A stretch of 64,000 nucleotides of DNA from Octopus sinensis (GCF_006345805.1 NC_042997.1:125612001-125676000), one strand, 5' to 3'; shown: positions 50,906 through 62,868, numbered from the stretch's first letter. Notes: a model not told the origin generated them from the sequence alone. Translations and numbers: made by a program.

Positions 50906-51530
50906 ATAGGTGTTGTTGCATGGTTAAGAATCGCTCTTTGCAGCTACATGGTTTCAGGTTCAGTCCCACTGTTCGGCATTTTGAACAAGTGTTTTCTACT
51001 AATGCCTTGTGAGTGAAAATGGAAGACGGAAAGTTTATGTAACCCCGTTATGCGTGTGTGTGTGTGTTTGTGTGTGTGCGGGTGCGTGCGATGTATTTGT
51101 GTACATATACCGATAGAGAGATAGATGATAGATAGCTAGTTACTTTTATTTGTCGTTTAGCAAGGCTACCAATGATTTCTTGTAAAGAGATACCACATGG
51201 GAGCGTTGGTACTCAACTCCATTTTAGAGACGAGTACCAATGTTCTCAGAGTACCAACGCTCTCATGCGACATGCTTGAACATTAGCACAGATCTCTCTT
51301 TAAACGAAACCATAGGTAGCTGTCTTCACACACAAATAAAGAATATTTATCCATCAATAGAGTATTGAGCACTCATTCTCAATGTTCGATATTAGCTTGT
51401 GTGTGTGAGTGTGCGTGCGTGTTTTTGTATTTATGTTTGTCTCCACCACTCCATCCCCCACCACCTTGTCACCGCCACCACCACCACTGCTTGACATCCG
51501 CTGCTGGATTGCTTACGTCCCTGTAAAGAG
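50906..51530 (+). mobile_element. Decayed SINE family A split by ~350 bp of other sequence
   Basis: Head (GGTTCAGTCCCACTG...GAACAAGTGTTTTCTACT) at 50906-51050; 3' hairpin part (CTGCTTGACATCCGCTGCTGG...TACGTCCCTGTAA) at 51430-51530. Confidence 0.55.
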
Positions 51531-51844
51531 ATGGGTGGAAATAGTAGAATCAGTGAAGAGACAGAGAAATACGAAATAAATAGAGAAAAAAATAAAGATG
51601 AAGTGAAAAACTAAACAATGTTACATTGTAACTGCTTGACGAAGCATACGCATCGCCATGGAGGCAATTGATCGACGATAATATCTTATGAATATGAAAA
51701 TATCCTGACAAATGAACATGTGGGGTGCAGAAACATATGTAACACTATAAAACCTATAAGTTTCCATTCACAAGTCATTTTCGCTATTACTGTATGTATG
51801 TAAATGTGTGTGTTTGTGTTTGTGTGTATTAATATTTAACAGAA

Positions 51845-52244
51845 GCGCAGGAGTGGCTGTGTGGTAAGTAGCTTCCTTACAAACCACATGGTTCCGGGTT
51901 CAGTCCCACTGCGTGGCACCTTGGGCAAGTGTCTTCTACTATAGCCTCGGGCCGACCAAAGCCTTGTGAATGGATTTGGTAGATGGAAACTGAAAAAAGC
52001 CCGTTGTATATATGTATATATGTGTGTGTGTGTATATGTTTGTGTGTCTGTGTTTTTGTCCCCTCAACGTCATTTGACAACCAATGCTGGTGTGTTTACG
52101 TCCCTGTAACTTAGCGGTTCGGCAAAAGAGACCAATAGAATAAGTACTAGGTTTACAAAGAATAAGTCCTGGGGTCGATTTGCTCGACTAAAGGCGGTGC
52201 TCCAGCATGGCTGCAGTCAAATGACTGAAACAAGTAAAAGAGTA
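51845..52244 (+). mobile_element. SINE family A (full length)
   Basis: GCGCAGGAGTGGCTGTGTGG head to GTAAAAGAGTA tail. Confidence 0.93.
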
Positions 52245-52512
52245 GTACTGTTTCTACTTCGCAAATTTTCACTTATCACAGTTGGGTTTGGAATGTAACA
52301 ACCGTGATAGTCAAGAGATTGTTGTACACATATAGTAAAAGTTAGACATCTATTACTCTAATACATATATTTTCTCCAAAGCGCACAGACTAATTGTTAG
52401 TTACACACACTCGCACACAAATACACACATATGCACATACACACATATGCACTTACACACAAACACACACATACGCAGACAATTAGTTCCAGATATAAAT
52501 CTTCTAGTTAGA

Positions 52513-52922
52513 TACTCTTTTACTGTTTTACTTGTCTCAGTCATTTGACTGCAGCCATACTGGAGCACTGCCTTTCATCGAGCAAATTGACCCCAGGACA
52601 TATTCTTTGTAAGCTTAGTACTTATTCTATTGGTCTCTTTTGCCAAACTGCTAAGTGACGGAGACATAAACACATCAGCATCAGTTGTCAAGCAATGCTA
52701 GGGGGACAAACACAGACACACAAACATACACACACACACACATATATATACATATATACAACAGGCTACTTTCAGTTTCCGTCTACCAAATCCACTCACA
52801 AGGCTTTGGTCAGCCCGAGGCTATAGTAGAAGACACTTGCCCAAGATGCCACACAGTGGGACTGAACCCAGAACCATGTGGTTGGTAAGCAAGCTACCTA
52901 CCACACAGCCACTCCTGCGCCT
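52513..52922 (-). mobile_element. SINE family A (full length), inverted relative to the previous copy
   Basis: Reverse-complement match head to tail. Confidence 0.93.
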
Positions 52923-54253
52923 ATACATACATCATGTAGTTAGTTCAGCGCATACATATACATACAGCTCTATATATACATCTTATAGCTACTTACACAT
53001 AGATATAGTTGGCTACACACACGCGCCCACACACTCACACACATATAATTAGTTTAACACATAAATCTTAGAGTAAGTTAAATACATCATATAATTAGTT
53101 TGACACACACGCACACAGCTACACAGGCATATCATGGTTAGTTATACAGACATACGGTACACTACACTCACACACACATACACACAGGTGCATCATATTT
53201 GAAAATGTTATATCTTGCCCCATCCACCTTTGCTCAGTATTAAAGAGTTCCTGATTATCTGTGATAAATATTTTATCAGATTATATAAATAATGCTATCG
53301 TAATAGTTATACTGCAAGTTAAGTGAATGTAAACAGCTATAAGTAGACTGCAAATACATCATAGAAATATTGCATGTTACATATTATGTACGAAACTGCA
53401 CACAAATGAAATATATTTCGACTGAGCACGCAGGATCGAGTTTGGATATGCTTTACTTGCTAAGACTAATACAAAGAAAACATGATCGTAGATGTAACCT
53501 CATCTAATAAATACCATAGTTTCTCCTCAATGTGTAAAATAATTTGTGCAATTAATCCTTAATTTTTTGGAGTTATCTCCCCTTCTTCTTTAAGAATCGC
53601 CAATTAAGCTAGATCGTTTTATTCTTCTTTCAGCTTAGAACTTTTCACTTAATTTTCAGTATACGTCATTCATTTCTGATATATCCAGATTGATGTTGTT
53701 AGCTCATACAAATTATTTTCCTCAGCTAGGTTTTCTCTTTCTCTCTCTCTCTCTCTTTCTCCCTCTCTCTCCCCTCTCACTCTCTCTCTCTCTTCCAACT
53801 AAAAAGAAATTTTCATTTAATTTTCATTATATACAATCCTTTTATGATTTATCGAAATTTATGCCATTAAGCCACGAAGATTATTTCCTGGCTCATTTTA
53901 ATATTAAATTCAGCATATTACTACTGGCTAAAATTCTGCACAAGTTTTTATTTTTTCTTTATTTTCTTTCTAATATCTGTCAACTGATCAAATAGTCTCG
54001 AGAATGGCTATGCTTCGCTGACGAAGTCCACTCCAACGGAAACATGAACGCTGCTGTCATTTACCAGCTATAACAAAAATCAAATTTTCCCATAATCATG
54101 TAAATTAATTTTGTGAACTAGTAATTCACTATTACGTAATCCTTGAAATGCTACGTAAGAAGCTGTGCTAATTTCTTCTTTTCTAATTAATGAAATACAG
54201 TGAAGTGGGCTGCAGCACATCATATAAACTTTATATATATATATGTATACATA

Positions 54254-54374
<121 letters not shown>

Positions 54375-55089
54375 ATATTATATATACACATACATACATA
54401 CAAGCACACACACATATGCATATATATATGTATACATATATATGTATACATACACACACACACATATACACACACACACAAACACATCATTTGATTTCTT
54501 CTTTCGTTTCACCTATAAAGTCCTTAACATTTATAGAGAGAAGCTGCTATTTCGCTTTTAGATGAACCATTGTTGTACAAAGCAATTAAGGATCTGGTAA
54601 TTGATTGATTAATTAATTAATTACATTATTTACATTACAAAAGAAAACATCTTGTAAAGAAAGAGAAGTCGATGTTGATAGGAGTCTGTATAGAATAATT
54701 GGTGGAAATATTTGATCTGGAAAAATCATTTTAGTCCAGAGTTCATAGTTCATTAGTTAAGTAACATGAATTGTAATTTAATTTGAAATTCAAGTAAGGT
54801 CTGATGCATATTCTATTGGTGCTTTTTTTTTTGCTTTTTTGTCGAACCGCTAGGTGACGGGGATGTCAACAAACTTGTATTGGTTGTCAAGCAGTGAGTG
54901 ATAAACCCAAATATGAATATACTACACATGCACATGCAGACATGCATGCATATATATGAATGTGTATCTATATGTGTATCAATGTAGATAGAGAGAGAGA
55001 GAGCAAAAACGAGAGAGAGATGGATAGATAAGTAGGTAGGTAGGCAGACAGACAGACAGGCTGACTGAAAGACAGATAGATTGATAGAT

Positions 55090-55275
55090 ATCACGAAAGG
55101 CCTGGCTGAAGGCCCACCCTTCCGAGTTCTTTTACAGGGCTTAGGAAAAGTGAAAGATCACTGCAATAAGTGTGTGAATCTGTGAGGGGAATATGTTGAA
55201 TCAAATCATAATTAACTGATTCTCCTGTATTTTCTCTTACCCAAAGCCAAAAAGATTTCAGCACACCCTCGTAGA
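55090..55275 (-). mobile_element. mariner end fragment
   Basis: Reverse complement TA|CGAGGGTGTGCTGAAATC is a mariner-type TIR; a related CGAGGGTGTATGAAAG occurs near 46881. Confidence 0.5.
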
Positions 55276-55509
55276 TAGACAGACAGGAAGACAGACAGAC
55301 AGACACACAGACAGGCAGACAGACAGACAGATAGACAGACAGACAAACAGACAGATTGATATATAGATAGATGGATGGAGTAACAACGTGTTAAAATATC
55401 AGCTTTAAATGTATTTATTGCAATTAAATTTAATTTCTATTTGAGTCCTACCCACGTACGTTCCCAAATTTCTATGCATATACATGCGTATGTAAGTGCA
55501 CGAGTGTGT

Positions 55510-56385
55510 ATGTATGTATGTCATTATTCATTTTATTTCAGGATTTCTTGCTAATAGAGAAAGAACTGGTTTCTAACCTAGTACCAAGGCTCCTTCGTTG
55601 GAATTTCAACATCAACAACGGTATTTTTGTATGTATATGCAGATTTGTATGTTTTATATATATATATTTTCATGCATATAGTTGCATATCTAGACACGCT
55701 CATATATATATAAATAATAAACTTCTGACTAGTTTTATAGATTTTTACAGTTCCAGTTATGGATTGGATCTGTAGTCTTCAAATCATCTTTCTCCTTTCT
55801 GATTTTGAGAAGCCTAATTTCTGAAGATCGGTATTTAGGCAGTGTGTTACATATCCCAGGGCCCCAATAATTACAGGTATAAACCTGAACTTGTAATTTG
55901 GATTGAGTAACTGCAGATTTCTCAATAGTTCAGCATAGGTGTTCTCTTTTTCACTGATCTTAAGCCTTATTAACATCTGCTGGTCAGCTAATTTCCACAA
56001 CTGTGCACAATTTCTCTTCTCTATCCCAAATCATTATACCAGGTCTGTTGTGCTTACAGTTTATTGAGGTCTTCACTGCTACATTCTACCAGTATTCCTT
56101 TTTATTATGAGTGACTATGATTTCTACCATACTGTGGGTTCTTATTTCTTTATCCTTCCGACAGATTACATTACTGAGTGTCCTAGCTACAACATCATGT
56201 CTCATCGATAGATAAACCGCGATGATATTTTCAGACAACTGCTTATGATGTGCGTGATATCTTCAGTGTGAACTTCACAAATTCTGCATCAGTTGTCATA
56301 TTTTACTGTTTTTCCTGCATCTCTATCCCTTTTGTGTATCAGGTACTTGGTTGATATTTCCTATTTCTGGATTGCAAACCCATAC
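55510..56385 (-). mobile_element. RLE (R4/Dong-like) retrotransposon family C, longest copy, flanked by (TACA)n on both sides
   Basis: GYGFAIQK*EISTKYL...CRICEVHTEDITHIISSC (CCHC knuckle)...KHNRPGIMIWDREEKLCTVVEIS...KENTYAELLRNLQLL...FIPVIIGALG...LQIQSITGTVKI, then 3' UTR. An extra UTR fragment lies at 56430-56525. Confidence 0.88.
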
Positions 56386-56590
56386 CCTTTAGGTATGTAT
56401 GTATGTATGTGTGCATGCATATATGTATGTTTTCTTCTATTTTCTTCTTTTAATTCTTTTTTCTGTAAGGAAGAGCTGGTTTCTAACAAAGATATGAAGC
56501 CCCATCATTGGAATGTAAATAACAAAATCAGATTCAGAAGTTAACTTGAAAAAGTCTTGGATATTTTCACTATTCCACTTACTAATAATA

Positions 56591-56907
56591 TTGGGTTGGT
56601 GCATAATTAATGCAGTGTTTTTTCAACAAATTTTTTTCAACGAAAACAATAACAATATTTAACAAAAACAATAACAATATTTAACAAAAACAATAACAAT
56701 ATTTAACAAAAACAATAACAATATTTAACAAAAACATCTTTAAATGACAGTCTGACTGTGTGCCAAGCAAATGAGAAGCAGTAATTGAAGTAGATGGTGA
56801 ACATGCTCTGGAATAATCATTTAAAGATGATTTTGTTACATGTTGTTATTGTTTTTGCTGAATAAAATTTGTTGAAAAAAAGCTGCAATAATTATTCACC
56901 AACCCAA
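56591..56907. mobile_element. mariner MITE with Hsmar1/MADE1-like TIRs and an internal 22-bp tandem repeat
   Basis: TA|TTGGGTTGGTGCATAATTAATGCAG ... CTGCAATAATTATTCACCAACCCAA|TA; AAAACAATAACAATATTTAACA x4 in the left arm. Confidence 0.85.
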
Positions 56908-56964
56908 TATATTTATGTGTGAATTAGCTAGTCAGTTTCTTTTTCTGAAAACCCTGGCTTATCT

Positions 56965-57050
56965 GTCACTTGGAAATGTATTTACAAAACCAAGTGCACC
57001 AATTATTATTGGCATAAATTTGAAATTTGAAATTATAACATGGATATAGA
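56965..57050 (-). mobile_element. RLE family C short fragment
   Basis: NFKFMPIIIGALGFVN. Confidence 0.65.
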
Positions 57051-57056
57051 AAGCAG

Positions 57057-57096
<40 letters not shown>

Positions 57097-57099
<3 letters not shown>

Positions 57100-57429
57100 C
57101 CGGTGGTACGTAAGAGAACCATCCAAACGTGGCCGTTGCCAGCACCACCCCAACTGGCCTCGTGCTGGTGGCACGTAAAAAGTACCATCCGATCGTGGCC
57201 GTTGCCAGCCTTGTCTGGCCCCCGTGCCAGTGGCACGTAAAAAGCACCATCCGATCGTGGCCATTTGCCAGCCTCAGAGTGGTTGGCGTTAGGAAGGGCA
57301 TCCAGCCGTAGAAACACTGCCAGATCAGACTGGACCTGGTGCAGCCTTCTGGCTTCCCAGACCCCAGTTGAACCGTCCAACCCATGCTAGCATGGAAAGC
57401 GGACGGTAAATGATGATGATGATGATGAT
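57097..57429 (+). mobile_element. Family F retroposon (3 VNTR-like units, body, (TGA)n tail)
   Basis: Three ~61-bp units, then GAGTGGTTGGCGTTAGGAAGGGCATCCAGCCGTAGAAAC...CCATGCTAGCATGGAAAGCGGACGGTAAA(TGA)n. Confidence 0.85.
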
Positions 57430-57458
57430 ATATATATAATATATATATATATATGTAT

Positions 57459-58458
57459 TCTTTCATTTGTCTTTGACAGCTGGACCATCGCCTTTAGTCA
57501 AACAAATCGCCCCCAGGACTTATTCTCTGTAAGCCTAGTACTTACTCCATCGTTCTCTTTTGCTGAACTGCTAAGTTACGGGGACATAAGCACACCAACA
57601 TCGGTTGTCGAGCGGTGGTGGGTGGGAGGACAAACACAGACACACAAACATATATATATATATATACAAACACATATCTATATTCGCCTGGCCCCCGTGC
57701 CGGTAGCACGTAAAAGCAGCATCCGTTCGTGTCCGTTGCCAGCCTCGCCTGGCCCCCGTGCCGGTAGCACATAAAAGCAGCATCCGTTCGTGTCCGTTGC
57801 CAGCCTCGCCTGGCCCCCGTGCCGGTAGCACGTAAAAGCAGCATCCGTTCATGTCCATTGCCAGCCTTGCCTGGCCCCCATGCCGGTAGCACGTAAAAGC
57901 AGCATCCGTTCGTGTCCGTTGCCAGCCTCGCCTGGCCCCCATGCCGGTAGCACATAAAAGCAGCATCCGTTCGTGTCCATTGCCAGCCTCGCCTGGCCCC
58001 CGTGCCGGTAGCATGTAAAAGCACCATCCGTTCATGGCCGTTTGCCAGCTTTGTCTGGCATCTGTGCAGGTGGCACGTAAAAAGCACCCACTACACTCAC
58101 GGAGTGGTTGGCGTTAGGAAGGGCATCCAGCCGTAGAAACACAGCCAAATCTGACTGGGCCTGATGAAGCCTCCCGGCTTCACAGACCCCAGTTGAACCG
58201 TCCAACCCATGCTAGCATGGAAAACGGACGCTAAATGATGATGATGATGATGATGATGATGATATATATATATATATAAACACACACACATATACGATAG
58301 GCTTCTTTCAGTTTCCTTCTCCCAAGTCCACTCACAAGGTTTTTATTGGTCTGAGGCGATAGTAGAAGACACTAGCCCAAGGTGTCATGCATTAGGACTG
58401 AACTCGGAACCATGTGGTTAGAAAGCAAGCTTCTTACCACGCAGCGACTCCTGCACCT
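57459..58458 (-). mobile_element. SINE family A split at its internal microsatellite by a family F copy
   Basis: 3' half at 57459-57655 and 5' half at 58293-58458. Confidence 0.8.
57684..58262 (+). mobile_element. Family F retroposon with six full plus one partial 61-bp tandem units
   Basis: Units start at 57684, 57745, 57806, 57867, 57928, 57989 and about 58051; same body and (TGA)n tail as 57097. Confidence 0.9.
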
Positions 58459-59099
58459 ATACATATATATATATGTGTGTGTGTGTGTGTATCTATGTAT
58501 GTATGTATGTGTCATATATATATATATGTGTGTGTGTGTGTATGCATGTATGGCAATAAATGTAAATTCGAGTTTGATCATTTTTACCAATACTACCCAA
58601 TGAACCTGGAAACGGCTGAACACGACACATATAATTACGTCATCATCTGCGATATTAATGTCAATTTTATAAACCAAAATATTGCTGTCATTTCTCACAG
58701 TTATTGATCTTTTTTCTATCAGATAATTAATTTCGGTTTTCATAGTTTCAAAAAAATATATCATTCATTTTTAATTTCTTAAATAAGTTTAGTTTTATTT
58801 TGTTATTATGTAGAGGTTTATTGCGTTGTCTTTGTGTGAGAGAGTTTGGGGGTGGGGTTGTGTTCGAATGTATGTATATATGTATGTCTGGTGTCTGTAT
58901 ATGTGTTTGTCTGTCTGATTTGGTCTCCAACCAAAACTTTTATTTCCGATATGTAAAATATATTTTCTAAATATAATGAATGTTTATTCTTGTCGAAACA
59001 CTGGCGAGGAAAATATATAGCTGTAGGTCATGCCATATATATGTATGTTTTTATGCATGTGCATACATGAGTATAAAGATAGATAGATAGATAGATATG

Positions 59100-60035
59100 T
59101 TTCTTTATTAGCCACACAGGGCTGCACACAGATAGAACAAATTACAAGGTAGAGCTTTTCTTTTGAAGGTTTAAAAAAAAAAAAAAAAAGGAAAGGGAGT
59201 TTCGATCAAAAGGGATCGTAAAAGGAGAGAAAGAGGACAAAAAGGGGGGGGGTAAAAAAAAAAAAAAAAAAAAAAAAAGGGGGAGAGGAAAAAAAATTGA
59301 TCATAGGGATCGTTATCACAGAAATGTCAATATGAAGTGTAAAGGGGAGGACAGGTGAGGTTTACCCGTGGAAAGAAAACCTACGGAAAAGACCACGGTA
59401 ACCTCGGTCAATGAAGTCACATTTTATTTCTTTTTTTTTTCTTTTTTTTTTTTTTTGCAAATAAGCAACTCTCTTGTTTCGATTTCTGGTTCATAGGACT
59501 ATGCACAAGGTGGCTTCGTCATTCATACGTGCCATTCTTGCTACATTCACCCATCTTTTTTTAAAACATTCGCTAGACAAAACTTGCCTCTCTACTCTCA
59601 CTTTCCTTTTCCAGTGGTACTTGAAGAAGTTGATGAGAGATTGACCAGAGAGGAAAGTGTTTGTCTCCAATCCTTCAGACGCGTCCACCAGATACATTCT
59701 TTCGCCATAGCCACAAGGATGATGAAAATAGCTCTTCCTTCCCGTTTGAAGGAAGGAGGCGTGACAATATTGACGATAGACTCAGCTGATAAACCGACTC
59801 GTCCCACACGTGACAGCAGTTGTTCGACATAAGCCCACAGGTCGGAAATTGTTGGACACTGAACGAGTGCGTGCAGAACGGTTTCGTCGCTCTGACCGCA
59901 TCTCGGGCAGGTCGGCCCCGTGTTTCTCGAGCCGTGTCTGTAGAGCTTATCCCGAACGGGTAGCGCTTCTCGGTAGCACTGCCAGGCCAGGGATCTCTGG
60001 AAGTTGTCCATGGGCCCTGGCCCGAAAGTCGTCCC
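59100..60035 (-). mobile_element. Tx1/L1-type LINE 3' part (zf-RVT-like CCHC region plus 3' UTR), embedded in (GATA)n
   Basis: WQCYREALPVRDKLY...CPRCGQSDETVLHALVQC...LW...; one frameshift near WWTRLK; ORF ends at 59491; UTR ends AATAAAGAAA. Confidence 0.88.
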
Positions 60036-60122
<87 letters not shown>

Positions 60123-60159
60123 GGAGAGAAAAAGAGAGAGAGAGTGAGAGAGAGACAGA

Positions 60160-60199
<40 letters not shown>

Positions 60200-60293
60200 T
60201 AGATATATAGATAGGTAGACAGATAGATAGACAGACAGTCAGATAGACAGATAGATTGATAGACAAATAGATAGATCCACGTGAGTGTGCTCT

Positions 60294-60328
<35 letters not shown>

Positions 60329-60370
60329 GTATATGTATATATACATATATATATATATGTATATATATAT

Positions 60371-60472
60371 TTCGCGACCCATGCTAGCATTTCGCGACCC
60401 ATGCTAGCATGGAAAGTCCAACCCATGCTAGCATGGAAAGCGGACGTTAAATGATGATGATGATGATGATGA
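60371..60472 (+). mobile_element. Family F 3' tip with reiterated palindrome
   Basis: ACCCATGCTAGCAT occurs three times before GGAAAGCGGACGTTAAA(TGA)n. Confidence 0.8.
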
Positions 60473-60601
60473 TATATATATGTGTGTGTGTGTGTGCGTT
60501 TGTTTGCATATTTGCATATTTATTTGTATATATATGTGTAAATATATGTAAATGGAATATATGTTTGTATGCACATACACACACACACATACACACATGC
60601 A

Positions 60602-60662
<61 letters not shown>

Positions 60663-61071
60663 AAATTAAATTTATTATTCCAATGCCCTTCGGTCTATCA
60701 TTTTTACCTTCAGTCATTTGGGGGCCTGGTAAAAATAAATATGGCGACTTATGTACAAAATGGCGTCAGAATTGAAACTCAGAAATATTTTAGTATACTA
60801 TTTCAGGAAGAAATATAATTTAACACTGTCACGTTGTTTATTATTTGATTGTTATTATTGCTTTTTGTTTGTTTTTTGTCTTTTTGTAATTGTTATTATA
60901 CTCTTAGCAGTGCTTGTTGTTGGTGTTGCTGTTCTTACAATTTCTTTTAAGCTAAACATTCAGTCCAGATAAATATCTTGATTGCACTGACGCCCTACAT
61001 TACTATTTTGATAAATTTGATATAAATCGATTCACTTCATAATATTAAATAGCTTTCATTCTTTGTTTCTA

Positions 61072-61124
<53 letters not shown>

Positions 61125-61194
61125 CATCATGAGTTTTTCTTCTTCCTTCAATACTGTTGTTACTATCATTTTTATTATTATTGTTATTGTTATT

Positions 61195-62460
61195 TAAGAC
61201 ATCGCACAGTATCCAATATCATAATATCTTTTATTAAAGATATTGTGTCTGCTGTGGAGGTTGTCCTGTCTATCAAGTCACAAGGACCTCAGGCAGACAG
61301 TACTTTACGAAATGTGCATACAGTTCCAAGTAATACTGATTTTTGCAATGCACCTAGATTGTAGAGTATTTCTGCAGTTTCCAGATGTTTCTTCAGCTTG
61401 GGTGGTTTTGAAACCAATGCTTCGATGATAACAGGGACAAGCTTTATGTTTAACTTTCGTGGCTGCCACATCAGGTCTCCATATTTATCAATCTTTTCTC
61501 TTTCTTTCATGATAATATGTTGATCTCCTGGTATACGGCCTTCGGTGCTCTACCACTTTGTCTGTCTGGAAATCAAAGTCCTAGAGGATCTTTGTTTTAC
61601 CTTTTTCGTCCATTACCTTTTCCAGTGCATGTTGGTACCAAGCACCTGTTACCTCGAATCCATACTTCTGGCATAGTAGCCAGTGAAGGGTTTGGGTTAC
61701 CTTGTTGTGCCTGTGCTTGTACTCTTTCTGCGCAAGACTTTCACAACCTGAGTCACACTTTCGACCCTCTTCCCACACATTCTGCAGAGGTTTGTTGCAC
61801 TTGTGTTTTATATATCCCTTTTCACTGAGTTGGAATTCAATGGCTGATCATGGGCAGCGATGATTAAGCTTTCAGTCTTCTTTTTTAGGCCACCCCAGGT
61901 GCATTTTTCCCAATGCACCTATTTTATAGGGATTGTGCCTGTTTTAATACCATCACAATCAGATTATCTCTATTTCCACATCTTTGTAATTAGATAATTT
62001 TTGTATTTGTTTTGGAGATACATTATCATCTATCAGAACTGATGCGTTGATTAAAAGGTGTCTGTTTTTCTGACGATTCTTGATATCAATATCTGGTAGA
62101 ATAGCCAGGATCTTCCTGTCTGTGAGTATTTGCATAGCCAAGAGTATGGTTGATGTTTACTCTCTGAATTTTTTCTGGTGCATGTGTGTCCCACTAATTC
62201 TCTCTCGCTATTTCATAATGCTGGCATAACTTTCAGTCTATGTAAGTCCCAAATCTGTCATGTCAGTGGAGGTATTCTTTTTTAGCTAAGACTTGAAGGT
62301 CAGAGACAATGTGGTTAATTGTTTCTTCTCCATCTTCACATATTCTGCAATTACTCTATCCCGCTTTATTACATACTTTAGCAGTTTTCTACTGGGGAGG
62401 CTTTGATCTTGTACTGCAGTCCTTTAGTCTCAGTTTTTGGTCTTATACTTAGAACAATGG
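61195..62460 (-). mobile_element. Two adjacent R4/Dong-clade RLE retrotransposon fragments (61195-61950 and 61960-62460)
   Basis: CRMCG...SGCESLAQKEYKHRHN...KILW..., KIDKYGDL...LVPVII.AL...LQKSVLLGT; the second fragment has CRICEDGEETINHIVS...HD and ILPDIDIK...KYKD. (TAA)n lies beyond the 3' end. Confidence 0.88.
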
Positions 62461-62507
62461 TCGGTAGTGCAGTGAACACATAATGAATGCATGACTACTG
62501 AATGATG

Positions 62508-62568
<61 letters not shown>

Positions 62569-62868
62569 TAATAACCATTAGAGCATCACAACAAATCACA
62601 GCACATACCCAAGGCACAGAGAGCTGCGCTTGGTAGTGAAGTGGAAGCACGCTATAAAAATAAAACTACTGAATAATAATAATAATAATAATAATAAATA
62701 ATAATAATAAAATAATAATAATAATAATAAATAATAATAATAATGATAATAACCATTAGAGCATCACAACAAATCACAGCACATACCCAAGGCACAGAGA
62801 GCTGCGCTTGGTAGTGAAGTGGAAGCACGCTATAAAAATAAAACTACTGAATAATAATAATAATAATA

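Noticed and set aside
51845-51925. SINE heads (A, D/E, G) as tRNA genes
   Set aside because: They have A/B-box-like motifs but no complete cloverleaf or acceptor stem, and each continues into a repeated SINE body.
57684-58080. 61-bp GC-rich tandem array as a CRISPR array
   Set aside because: Units are contiguous with no unique spacers, there are no cas genes, and the context is a eukaryotic retroposon.
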